Positions 51,521 to 60,108 of a stretch of DNA of 64,000 nucleotides are shown piece after piece. The notes beneath the pieces are model-generated. The model had not been told where the DNA came from, searched no databases, and saw nothing but the letters and a program-made list of their open reading frames with translations. Positions within the stretch are counted from its first letter, which is position 1. Every line of letters starts with the position of its first letter. Source of the stretch: an uncultured virus (IMG/VR IMGVR_UViG_3300032038_000058) (Duplodnaviria; Heunggongvirae; Uroviricota; Caudoviricetes); IMG/VR virus record IMGVR_UViG_3300032038_000058, one strand, 5' to 3'. The translations under genes were made by a program, and so were the position numbers.

Positions 51521-52306
51521 TTAATCTACTCTTTCTATTTTTGGAGTTCCAGGTATATTGTAAAACCTATCCTTTCCATAATCTTTATTACTTAATTCCC
51601 AAGCATATTTTGATTTCCAGATATGTCTCTCAAAAGGCTCCGGAGAAAATTCATTTGTCTTAATTTCAACTTCTTTCCAAACAAATCTCCCAAACTTCTC
51701 ACCATCATTGAAATCATGCCACCAATCAACTGTCTTTGAGTCTTTTAATAACTGTACTTGTTCGTCAGCGCTTTTATCCTCTAACTGTTTATGACTAAAA
51801 TATTGTTGTGCTACCTGCTGCTTGGAATTTCTTATGCAATCTAATTGTCGATAGAGAAACCAAGCATAGACATCATTGAAGGTAGGAACATTCCAGGCCT
51901 TAGCATCAAACTGTACAGGCTCAATATCTTCATCTGGATATAACTGAAACAATCTTTTATTAAAATACCCAGTCGCTATTGAAGGTATAATGCTTAAGAT
52001 TTTACATAACCTATTGCCAAAGAAGGTATCTGTTTTGAGGGTATCAAAATCAGTCAATAGAATACTAATTTCATCCGACTGAATATATGCAAACTTGGCT
52101 CCCTGTACTTTAGAACATACATAGGCAGCTGTAGAATTCATTATTTCAATAAACTGTTCGTCAAAAGGTAACTTAAATCTTTTTTTAATTACCTTACTAA
52201 ACGATCTACCATCTAACATCACCAAGACATAAGTCCCTGGTAATAATTTATAATCTGTGAGTCCTCTATAATACTCACATTTTTCTTTTAATGTCTTAAA
52301 TTTCAT
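51521..52306 (-). CDS. tRNA(His) guanylyltransferase Thg1 / Thg1-like protein
   Basis: LDGRSFSK, PFD, YIQSDEIS, FDAK, RQLDCIRNS. Confidence 0.88.
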   Translation of the reverse strand: MKFKTLKEKCEYYRGLTDYKLLPGTYVLVMLDGRSFSKVIKKRFKLPFDEQFIEIMNSTAAYVCSKVQGAKFAYIQSDEISILLTDFDTLKTDTFFGNRLCKILSIIPSIATGYFNKRLFQLYPDEDIEPVQFDAKAWNVPTFNDVYAWFLYRQLDCIRNSKQQVAQQYFSHKQLEDKSADEQVQLLKDSKTVDWWHDFNDGEKFGRFVWKEVEIKTNEFSPEPFERHIWKSKYAWELSNKDYGKDRFYNIPGTPKIERVD

Positions 52307-52322
52307 TTTTAAATTATAATTA

Positions 52323-52730
52323 CTATTTTTCCACGCATGACTTTATAAATAATTTTAATGTTTCATACTCTTTGTAATTATTATTATTCTTAAAATTTAC
52401 AACTTTGCCGGTTATCTTATCAAATACGTAAAGAATTAGCTTATAAGACCCGTATGAATAATAATGAATTTCATATCCATCTTTTTCGACTACAGAGAGG
52501 CTAATTTTGTCAGTAAGAAAAGTACTTTCATTGTTATTAAGAGTATCCAAATAATCACATCGACTTAAAACTAATTGACAAGGAAGTAACTGCCCCATGA
52601 AAAATCTAGATTCATAGCTGTTATCATATCCTAAACATATTTCTGATAATCTCTGTAAACTTATTTGGAATATCATGTCCAAAAACTTACTATTCCTACT
52701 ATAACTTATTATCACATCCTTTGCTTTCAT
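52323..52730 (-). CDS. Hypothetical protein
   Basis: ATG 52730 overlaps the stop of the 52-aa ORF. Confidence 0.5.
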   Translation of the reverse strand: MKAKDVIISYSRNSKFLDMIFQISLQRLSEICLGYDNSYESRFFMGQLLPCQLVLSRCDYLDTLNNNESTFLTDKISLSVVEKDGYEIHYYSYGSYKLILYVFDKITGKVVNFKNNNNYKEYETLKLFIKSCVEK

Positions 52731-52885
52731 GTTGAAAATATTAACCACGTATCATCCTCTCCTTTTAAGAACTTCCAGTAATATTCAAACTCTAAGTCTG
52801 TCATACCAAGTTCTTTCTGTAACTTCTCTTTCTTAGTAGGCGCTCGACAAGAACTATAAAAGCTTAAAGTTACTTCACAATTCAT
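52727..52885 (-). CDS. 52-aa ORF missing from the ORF track
   Basis: MNCEVTLSFYSSCRAPTKKEKLQKELGMTDLEFEYYWKFLKGEDDTWLIFST; ATGA overlaps at both ends. Confidence 0.6.
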   Translation of the reverse strand: MNCEVTLSFYSSCRAPTKKEKLQKELGMTDLEFEYYWKFLKGEDDTWLIFST

Positions 52886-53493
52886 ACCTCAACTATCTTA
52901 CAAGGTTCTAGGTTATATGAACTAGGAGTAATAACTATCTTCTCGTCCTTTATCAAAATATTCTTGCTATAAGTTTCTTGAGGATATTCATACACCTTAA
53001 TTAAATCTGGATGTGCTTGTAATTCCCCTATGAAATTAGCACCAAAAGCAAGATTAGTTATGTTGTTTTTATTAATCTCCTCAGCCATATACTCAAATAC
53101 CCCAGGCTCTAATCCTTTCTTTGACCTTCCATGTTTCATAAGGGGTAATAGGACATGATAATGCAAATCCTTTCCGTATTCTTTCGCTACTTGAATAAAC
53201 TCATCTACACTTGGCTTATCAGAAATTAAATGATGAATCATGACTTTACAATTTCCATACAACATGAGATTCTTAACTGCCATTTCTGCTTCTTTTCTCA
53301 CGGACCTATTTCCATAAGATACAGCTACACCACCGCAAAATTGACTAGTGGCCTCTAGAAGTTTCTTACACTCTGAAGAATTATAATCAGATAATGTAAG
53401 ACCATTTGTTGTATAATTCGGAACAACCCTAGTATTATAAACCATTTCTAAGAACTCAACAAACTCTGGATGAATTGTCGGTTCCATAGTTGA
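52882..53493 (-). CDS. Radical SAM protein (TNSSS-associated, copy 2), exon 2
   Basis: STMEPTIHPEF, NYTTNG, VAVS; in frame with exon 1 after splicing. Confidence 0.85.
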   Translation of the reverse strand, partial: STMEPTIHPEFVEFLEMVYNTRVVPNYTTNGLTLSDYNSSECKKLLEATSQFCGGVAVSYGNRSVRKEAEMAVKNLMLYGNCKVMIHHLISDKPSVDEFIQVAKEYGKDLHYHVLLPLMKHGRSKKGLEPGVFEYMAEEINKNNITNLAFGANFIGELQAHPDLIKVYEYPQETYSKNILIKDEKIVITPSSYNLEPCKIVEV

Positions 53494-53782
53494 CACTATA
53501 CCATTATATTTCTATAATGAGTGGAGTACATTTTCATCTACCTCTCGTAGATGTCGCGCCCTTCGAAGTTTTATATTCTTTAATAATATTAAAGGTTCAT
53601 CCATACTCTCTACACTACTGTATCATATTACCTATACAGTTAGCACGGGATTACCATGATTAATTCCTAATTTTAGGCTTCCCCGTTAGCACTAATAGAA
53701 TTAGTACCCTCATTATTACTGAGTTGGCGCGATTCATTGATATTATCACTAACATCAAGGGCATTTTTGAAACTAATTAAAT
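53494..53782 (-). ncRNA. ORF-less group I intron (289 nt) in a radical SAM gene
   Basis: On the minus strand the exon ends GGU and P1 GGU|AUUU pairs with AAAUGCC (U-G wobble). P3 UCGCGCC/GGCGCGA; P4 CGGGG/UCCCG; P7 GAGAGUA/UACUCC; terminal G. Splicing gives QIAIG|STMEP. Confidence 0.85.
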
Positions 53783-54223
53783 ACCTATTGCTATTTGAAA
53801 TGGTTTCTCTGTATATACAATTGGCTTACCTGCAAGTTCCATCATTTTTGCGATAAGCTTGAGATTTATTACATCAGCACTATCATCTTTCTCCGGTATA
53901 CTCAATAGTTCTTTTACAGTTTCGTCATTAGTTGTCTTAGGATCCACTGCTATATCTTCTGGGAAAGAATCTAGCCACGATTTCCACGTCTTACTTACCT
54001 CTGGCCAAAATTCTCCACCCTTACCAGCAGAAACATAGCAAAACGGGCAAGACAGGTTACACTTCGTTCCTAGGCCGACGTCATAGAACTCACTTCTCTC
54101 TGGCTTAAGTTCCATTGTAGGTCCTAAGTCTAATCTAACAGTTTTAAGATTATGCCAAATGGAATAATAATTTAATCCTGGATTTCTTCTAATTCTTATT
54201 CCCCAATCTGTAAAATTCTTCAT
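53783..54223 (-). CDS. Radical SAM protein (TNSSS-associated, copy 2), exon 1
   Basis: DVGLGTKCNLSCPFCY (CxxxCxxC) ... FQIAIG. Confidence 0.85.
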
Positions 54224-54543
54224 TATATTTCTCTTGAATAATTAGTGAAATCAATTGAATAACCTTTGAATCTCTCATTTGATTCTAGGAGTGCTTTTAT
54301 TCCCTCACTGTAAAATTTCTTCACCTTTCTTTTCCAATGAGGATATTCTACTACTAGATGTGGCCGCCTGTTACATTCTCCCATATAAATAACTACGTCC
54401 AATTCTGATTCTTGACTATAACCAAAAACATCATCTAGTAAATCTTCTATCTCTTTTAAAATTTTCTTGTCTGGGTGATTTATATAACAAAACACCTCAG
54501 AACTACTGTTTGTAATTACATCTGTTACTGATTTAATTTTCAT
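54223..54543 (-). CDS. TNSSS-motif protein, short form
   Basis: MKIKSVTDVITNSSSEVF; TAATG overlap with the radical SAM start. Confidence 0.7.
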   Translation of the reverse strand: MKIKSVTDVITNSSSEVFCYINHPDKKILKEIEDLLDDVFGYSQESELDVVIYMGECNRRPHLVVEYPHWKRKVKKFYSEGIKALLESNERFKGYSIDFTNYSREI

Positions 54544-54685
54544 TTCCTCTAATTTTTTTTCATAGTTAAGGTTTTGAAAAGAAAAGGTTAAAGAATAATA
54601 ATATAATCCAATAACCTCCCTTAATAATCAAATTAATAACTAATCACTAACCCATATCTTGCACTTCTATATACGTAAATCATAA

Positions 54686-56737
54686 TTAAAATTTTTTACT
54701 TATTATTTCATATGCCATATCTCTTTTCTTAGTAACAGAGTTGGTTATCTTAGTCTCCTTAACATCAAACCACTGCTCTAGGTCCGTCGCTTTTGGAGTT
54801 ACAAAATATTCAAAAGACTTATAAATCTCTCTTAATTTCTCTTTTATTTCTGCTTTTGTATATTTTTCCCCAACAATAAAAGTAGATTTTATTTTCTCTG
54901 CTAAATCCCAGTTAATATTTTGTCTAGACATTGAAGACTCAAATTCCTTTTCCAGCATATTTCTAGTATAGCTATTAGCACGGATTCTATTAATTCCTAA
55001 AGTCAAAATGTAATTCTTATATTCCATAGGTATCAAATCTAGTACTAACACTTTTAAACTCTCTGATAACCTACCAGATTCTAAACTATCGCACAGGAGT
55101 TTCATTTTATCTCGAAAAATAGTCATTGAATTAAACTCTTTTAAGAATAACTCTGCAGCTTTATCTATAACACTAGTATTATAACAATTCTGTAAACTAG
55201 AGAAAACTGTAAATCTATCAGCATAATCTACTTCCTGTATCTCAAAGGTTCTCATTTCAGATACCAACATTAGATTATTAAATACCGGTAACTTAGAGGA
55301 ACCATTATGCCTATTTACAGCCACATAGTCGTCTTTGTAGTTTGAATTTTTGGCATCTTTTTCATACTTCGTTGCTAAAGATCCTCTAACTCCATCATTG
55401 GCTGCTGTTTTATATGCAGAAAGTAAATCATTAGTGCTTTCAATCTTTTTCTTTAGATAATTACTAAACTCCTCTGGACTTTTATCGTCTATTCTTAAGG
55501 TAATATACAACTCCGCTGAATTTTTCCAGGGATTCTCTACTAAACGCTGACGTCCTAAGATTTGCGGAAGGTCCATAGAAATATCCACAGAAAGACAATC
55601 AATATTAGCATTACTGAAAATATAAGATTTGGCATTTGTACTGTAAAAGTCTGCTCCTAGGTATACTGTCCTTGTACAGAAGGTAAACATCTTATGAGGT
55701 TCTCCATACTTTGGTACTTTCCCTATATACTCAATTTTATCTCTAACTTTTCCATCAAACGCCTTTCTAATCAATTTTTCATTCTCTTTTGTTCTAGATA
55801 CTAAGACATTACACTGATCAATAGTAAGCTCAGAGGCCTTTATTGCTCTACAAATATCCTTAACCGAATTAACATAAATTACAGCTTCCTTAGATTGTAT
55901 CTCCTGTAAATTTCCATTAGAGTCTGTAAAACGATAAGAATCAAAATTCCCTGATTTATACTTCTCAATAATCCTTTTAATTGCCTGTTGAATAGTATTA
56001 CGTTTACCACAGTACTTTACTTCTAGGTGAGGCTTTATTACTCTCCCTGGTTCTTCACTCTCCCAATCCAACTCAAAATAAGGTAAGTCTTTAAATTCTT
56101 CAAGCATATCAAGATATTTCTCTAACATAGGAGTAGCTGAGACGAAACATACTTTTCTCAAAGACTTTAACTCTTCTACAAACTCTAATTCAGTGTCAGA
56201 TTTAAACTTGGCGTCACAGAAAATTGATTGAAACTCGTCTATGACAATGTAAAAATTCTCTATATCCTTTCCAAGTGCTTCCTTGACATGTCTGAAACTA
56301 TCATAAGTAACTAATAATTTACATGGCTTACCGGGAGAAAATGGAGAGGATTTACAAGAATTCCAGTAGGATCGTATGTTATCCTTAAGCTGCATAATCC
56401 TAGCCGCAGTTTCATTAACATCTACACTAGGTTGTGGCCTATTAGTTTCTGGTTTTGGGTCTCTGGAAAAATCCTTCTCAAAATTCGTAACCTTTTCAAT
56501 CTCATTTCTTACGTAAAAAAGATTCCCTTGATGCTGATCCTCCTTATTCTCTAACAAAATACGCCTAGGACTACATAGGATAATGTTCATGCCATTCCTA
56601 ATACAATTCTCTGTATATCCACAGCCAGTTAGGGTTTTGTTTAGGATATGAGGGAAATCGAAATCTGACAAATTATAATCAGGCCAATCACTAATGTACC
56701 TTATTCCCTTTGGTACTTTTAATACTTTTTTTCTCAT
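54686..56737 (-). CDS. SF2 (DExx) helicase-like protein with degenerate Walker A, paralog 2
   Basis: TGCGYTE, CSPR, VTYDS, IDEFQ, VSATP, CTRTVYLGADF, QILGRQR; collinear with 23041-25062. Confidence 0.75.
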   Translation of the reverse strand: MRKKVLKVPKGIRYISDWPDYNLSDFDFPHILNKTLTGCGYTENCIRNGMNIILCSPRRILLENKEDQHQGNLFYVRNEIEKVTNFEKDFSRDPKPETNRPQPSVDVNETAARIMQLKDNIRSYWNSCKSSPFSPGKPCKLLVTYDSFRHVKEALGKDIENFYIVIDEFQSIFCDAKFKSDTELEFVEELKSLRKVCFVSATPMLEKYLDMLEEFKDLPYFELDWESEEPGRVIKPHLEVKYCGKRNTIQQAIKRIIEKYKSGNFDSYRFTDSNGNLQEIQSKEAVIYVNSVKDICRAIKASELTIDQCNVLVSRTKENEKLIRKAFDGKVRDKIEYIGKVPKYGEPHKMFTFCTRTVYLGADFYSTNAKSYIFSNANIDCLSVDISMDLPQILGRQRLVENPWKNSAELYITLRIDDKSPEEFSNYLKKKIESTNDLLSAYKTAANDGVRGSLATKYEKDAKNSNYKDDYVAVNRHNGSSKLPVFNNLMLVSEMRTFEIQEVDYADRFTVFSSLQNCYNTSVIDKAAELFLKEFNSMTIFRDKMKLLCDSLESGRLSESLKVLVLDLIPMEYKNYILTLGINRIRANSYTRNMLEKEFESSMSRQNINWDLAEKIKSTFIVGEKYTKAEIKEKLREIYKSFEYFVTPKATDLEQWFDVKETKITNSVTKKRDMAYEIISKKF

Positions 56738-56984
56738 AACATTTATTATTTTAATTATTTCTTTTTCATAAGTGAAGCCTCCTTAAAACAGTCAGCTTCA
56801 CTATCTCTCTCACATATCAGGCGTTGAGAGTTTCTGGAAGGAGTTTTTTTTGATTTACAGAGTAACATTATCTTTAGAGATGAAAAAAAAGACATACATT
56901 AAATAATACCCCAATTCCTCCAAATTTTTTCCACGCCACGTTCCAAAAATTTTCCGGAATAAAAAATAATAAAATTTGCCATAT

Positions 56985-57020
56985 CTTCACTTCAATAAAA
57001 GCCGTTAGGCGTTAGTGAAG
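56985..57020 (-). repeat. 36-nt hairpin element, copy 2
   Basis: Reverse complement is identical to 22724-22759. Confidence 0.95.
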
Positions 57021-57024
57021 TATT

Positions 57025-57069
57025 ACTCGGTCGGATGGTTGGGGAAGCGTAAGCGGAGGCAGACCGAGT
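57025..57069 (+). other. G-rich stem-loop element, copy 2
   Basis: ACTCGGTC / GACCGAGT stem enclosing GGATGGTTGGGG ... AGCGGAGGCA. Confidence 0.75.
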
Positions 57070-57198
57070 TTATTATTATTCTTTATCTTTATTCCCAGAG
57101 GGTCCCTGTTTCAGAGGCTCTCAATTGCAAAGGTTTTTTTAATGCAGAATCCGCTTGAAAAATCCCGCCGTCTAAAAACCCCTGAAAATCTTATATAT

Positions 57199-57361
57199 GG
57201 AGAGAATATAACGACACATAAATTACAGTCATACCCTTCCGGTCTTAGCCGACAAAAAAGTGGATATTGGTCGGGGTAATAGAGACAATCGCCGGGGTGA
57301 CTGATTTACTAGCCCATTGCGAGTTCGGGTTCACGTGTGCATCGATTCTCTCCCTTTTTTT
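57199..57361 (+). ncRNA. Candidate ~155-nt structured ncRNA (rod-like)
   Basis: Begins at the end of the promoter motif. GGAGAGAAT pairs with ATTCTCTCC, with nested stems inside and a T tract after it. Confidence 0.6.
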
Positions 57362-57622
57362 CCTTTATGGAATCCCAGATACCTCTTCGTGGTGTATAGG
57401 ACTAGTAGTACTAAAGTTATGAAGCTAAGATCTGGGCAAAGGCATTGAATTATTTTGATGCTGGAGTATGGTGACATAGAGATTTATTATTTAAATGTCA
57501 AAACGCCGAAACACATATAACTATTTAAATTAAGATAATGAATTTGATTTTGATTAAAGAAATTAGAGGAAATAATAATAATATATTAAAAATTCGATCA
57601 GGTATTAATAATTTTTAAAGCT

Positions 57623-58231
57623 ATGAAAAATTCTGGTAAGTTTATGATTGCAGCTATTTCAGTGGGGACATTGACTTTGCTGGGATTCCTAGGTTATAGA
57701 AAGATGTCTAGTGATAAGAAGATTAATAAGCGTGAAGAAAAGGAGGACAAGGCATCTGTAGAGCTAGGTAAGACGAAAAGCGTGGATGACATCAGTGATT
57801 TAGATTCAGTTTTAGTATCATCGAAAAAAGAGGTTTATGGTATTTACAAAGAGGTATTGCTTAGTACTATACTGAGGAATAAGTCTGGTAAATATAATGA
57901 GCTTTATGAATTAACTGACGTCTTGGCAGAATTTACAGTTATCGTATCAAGAGGATTTTTATTGAATCTTGAAGTAATTGAGATGCTACCAAAAGATGAA
58001 GGTGAGTTTATTAAATTATTATACCGAATACGACTAATTAAGGAAGTAAGTCTCTTGTTAAATAGGAATAGATTAAGAAGGATCTATGGCAATCAAGAGG
58101 GACAAGAAAGGGTAGTCGTACCTGCCTCATCAAAGAAGAGAAGACCGAGAAAAAAGAAAGAGTACTTGGTATTAAATCTTCAAACCCGGCCAGAGGGTGT
58201 GAGACAGAGGAGATCGGAGCACTTTGTATAA
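57623..58231 (+). CDS. Hypothetical protein with N-terminal membrane anchor
   Basis: Hydrophobic N-terminus, basic C-terminus. Confidence 0.55.
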   Translation: MKNSGKFMIAAISVGTLTLLGFLGYRKMSSDKKINKREEKEDKASVELGKTKSVDDISDLDSVLVSSKKEVYGIYKEVLLSTILRNKSGKYNELYELTDVLAEFTVIVSRGFLLNLEVIEMLPKDEGEFIKLLYRIRLIKEVSLLLNRNRLRRIYGNQEGQERVVVPASSKKRRPRKKKEYLVLNLQTRPEGVRQRRSEHFV

Positions 58232-58275
58232 AATAAAAATAGGTGGAAATTAAATCCACCTTTTCTTTTTTTTTT

Positions 58276-58659
58276 TTAGAATTCAAATCTCCTGACTATA
58301 TTCTGTGCAGTACCAGAATTACGCTTTCCTTTTCTTACAAATGCTATATCCATATCACTATTCTTAGTCATTGCTGCATCTCTGCTTTCGTCTGAATCAA
58401 AGCCGCCACGTTGATTAAATAGGCTTGATTTACATACTCTTGCCTTTTCGAACATATGGTATACAGTTACCCTACATCGTTCTACGTCAGGAAGATTTTC
58501 TTTTAGCCAATCTTGTGCCATTTCATCTACTCCCCAATAATCTCCCACAACAAAATGGAAGTCTTCATCATTCCTAATAACATTCCTTAATACTGGAACG
58601 TAAAGTCTGTTAAATTCTTCAGAGGTAATTTCTCTGTGTCCTGAAATAAAATATGTCAT
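58276..58659 (-). CDS. SLOG-superfamily (YspA-like) protein
   Basis: YFISGHR, VVGDYWGVDEMA, RDAAM, SGTAQN. Confidence 0.6.
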   Translation of the reverse strand: MTYFISGHREITSEEFNRLYVPVLRNVIRNDEDFHFVVGDYWGVDEMAQDWLKENLPDVERCRVTVYHMFEKARVCKSSLFNQRGGFDSDESRDAAMTKNSDMDIAFVRKGKRNSGTAQNIVRRFEF

Positions 58660-58728
58660 ATAAATTAAGTTTTTTCCAATCTTAAGGCTTTAAGTACTTA
58701 TATATGAGTAAAAAATTTAATATAAAAT

Positions 58729-60108
58729 ATGAATAAAGAAAATTATATTATTCCAGAAGAGATTACATTCTATTACCCTAAGAAATTAGGAAAGGTTAGA
58801 AGGATAGAAGGTTTTGATAAATTGCCCGACGTTCTTCCAGCCGCAGTTTGTAATAAGAAAGATACTTCAATTAAGAAGTCTAAAGTAAAGTATAATTTAG
58901 CTTGTGTCTCCGGATATCAGTCAACTTATAACTGGTATTATGTTAAAGACGGAGAAGAGGAGATATTAGGAGAAATAACTATTAAAAACAATTCTTTTAA
59001 TATAAGCTTAATTCCTAGTGAGATTTCCGAGGAGTTTTTATCACAGTGTTGCTCAGATTGGGGAAATAATTTGGGTTATAGGACGAGATTATTCCCAGTA
59101 ATTATTGATTCCCCTGAGATACTATCAGCAACTAATGGTAAGCGGTTAATGGTTTTGTCTCGGTGTAGTGATTTCTTTCAAGCTTTATTAGAAAATCCAT
59201 ATATAATTGATGGAAAAATTAGAGGAACCTATAACTTGTCTTTTACTACACAATTCCCTGGACTAGTTGAGTTAAGGTTAGTGGATACGTCAAACCATAA
59301 TTATAATCAAGCAAAAGAAAAGGGATATACTGTAGCTAAGAAAAAGACATCGAAGTGGATTCCTGGTCATTTATACACCAAGGGGAATGGTAACAGTTTT
59401 ATATACTTAGGGGAATTTCAAAATATCATAGTAGATAGGCGTTATGGGACAGTAGAGAGTTTTGTTTCTTTACGAGAGAATAGTAATATCCTTAATAGTT
59501 GTAATGATCATCGTAAATTTAAAATGGGAAAAGTTTTTATTAATTTCCCTGAAGATGATGAAGTTAGTGAGTTTAAGGACAATTATGAAGGTGCACCATT
59601 AATAGAGTTTATTAAATTGAACTTACTAGATCAAAATACTTTCTCTGGTAGTTTAAGGTGTAGAGATTCATACAAGAGTCCAGTCACTGCTGTAGATATG
59701 GGAGAGGTTTTAGTATATGATAATAACCTAGACATAAATGCTGTATTAAAACAGATGACAATAGATCAGTTACAGTCTTTTACTAAACTGTCTGAGATCC
59801 CTGAAGAAAAGAGATTCTTATTATCATATTATCCTGAATTTGTTGAAAGTGGAAAGATAGATGAGTATTTGGATCTCTACTTGGAGAAAATGAAGAAAGA
59901 AATACTTGGTATAGGAAATTATTTCTACTATAGAACTCCTAGAAGTACCACCCCAGCTACTGCAGAGTCTATTAGGTCTAATTTAAATTGGTATTTTAGT
60001 GACATTTTGAGTAAGACTGTTTTTAATATCTCTGATTCTAAGATTAATGATATTTTAACAAAAGTTGCAGATTATTACAACGAACAGAAAAATCTTAAGA
60101 AGCCGTGA
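58729..60108 (+). CDS. Hypothetical protein with KWIPGH motif
   Basis: KKTSKWIPGHLY...FIYLG. Confidence 0.6.
   Translation: MNKENYIIPEEITFYYPKKLGKVRRIEGFDKLPDVLPAAVCNKKDTSIKKSKVKYNLACVSGYQSTYNWYYVKDGEEEILGEITIKNNSFNISLIPSEISEEFLSQCCSDWGNNLGYRTRLFPVIIDSPEILSATNGKRLMVLSRCSDFFQALLENPYIIDGKIRGTYNLSFTTQFPGLVELRLVDTSNHNYNQAKEKGYTVAKKKTSKWIPGHLYTKGNGNSFIYLGEFQNIIVDRRYGTVESFVSLRENSNILNSCNDHRKFKMGKVFINFPEDDEVSEFKDNYEGAPLIEFIKLNLLDQNTFSGSLRCRDSYKSPVTAVDMGEVLVYDNNLDINAVLKQMTIDQLQSFTKLSEIPEEKRFLLSYYPEFVESGKIDEYLDLYLEKMKKEILGIGNYFYYRTPRSTTPATAESIRSNLNWYFSDILSKTVFNISDSKINDILTKVADYYNEQKNLKKP

Noticed and set aside
52882..54223. Pseudogene call for the split radical SAM gene
   Set aside because: The intron features restore an exact in-frame join.
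57199..57353. tRNA or tmRNA
   Set aside because: It contains a GTTCG but shows no cloverleaf, acceptor stem with CCA, or tag frame; the pairing is a long rod.
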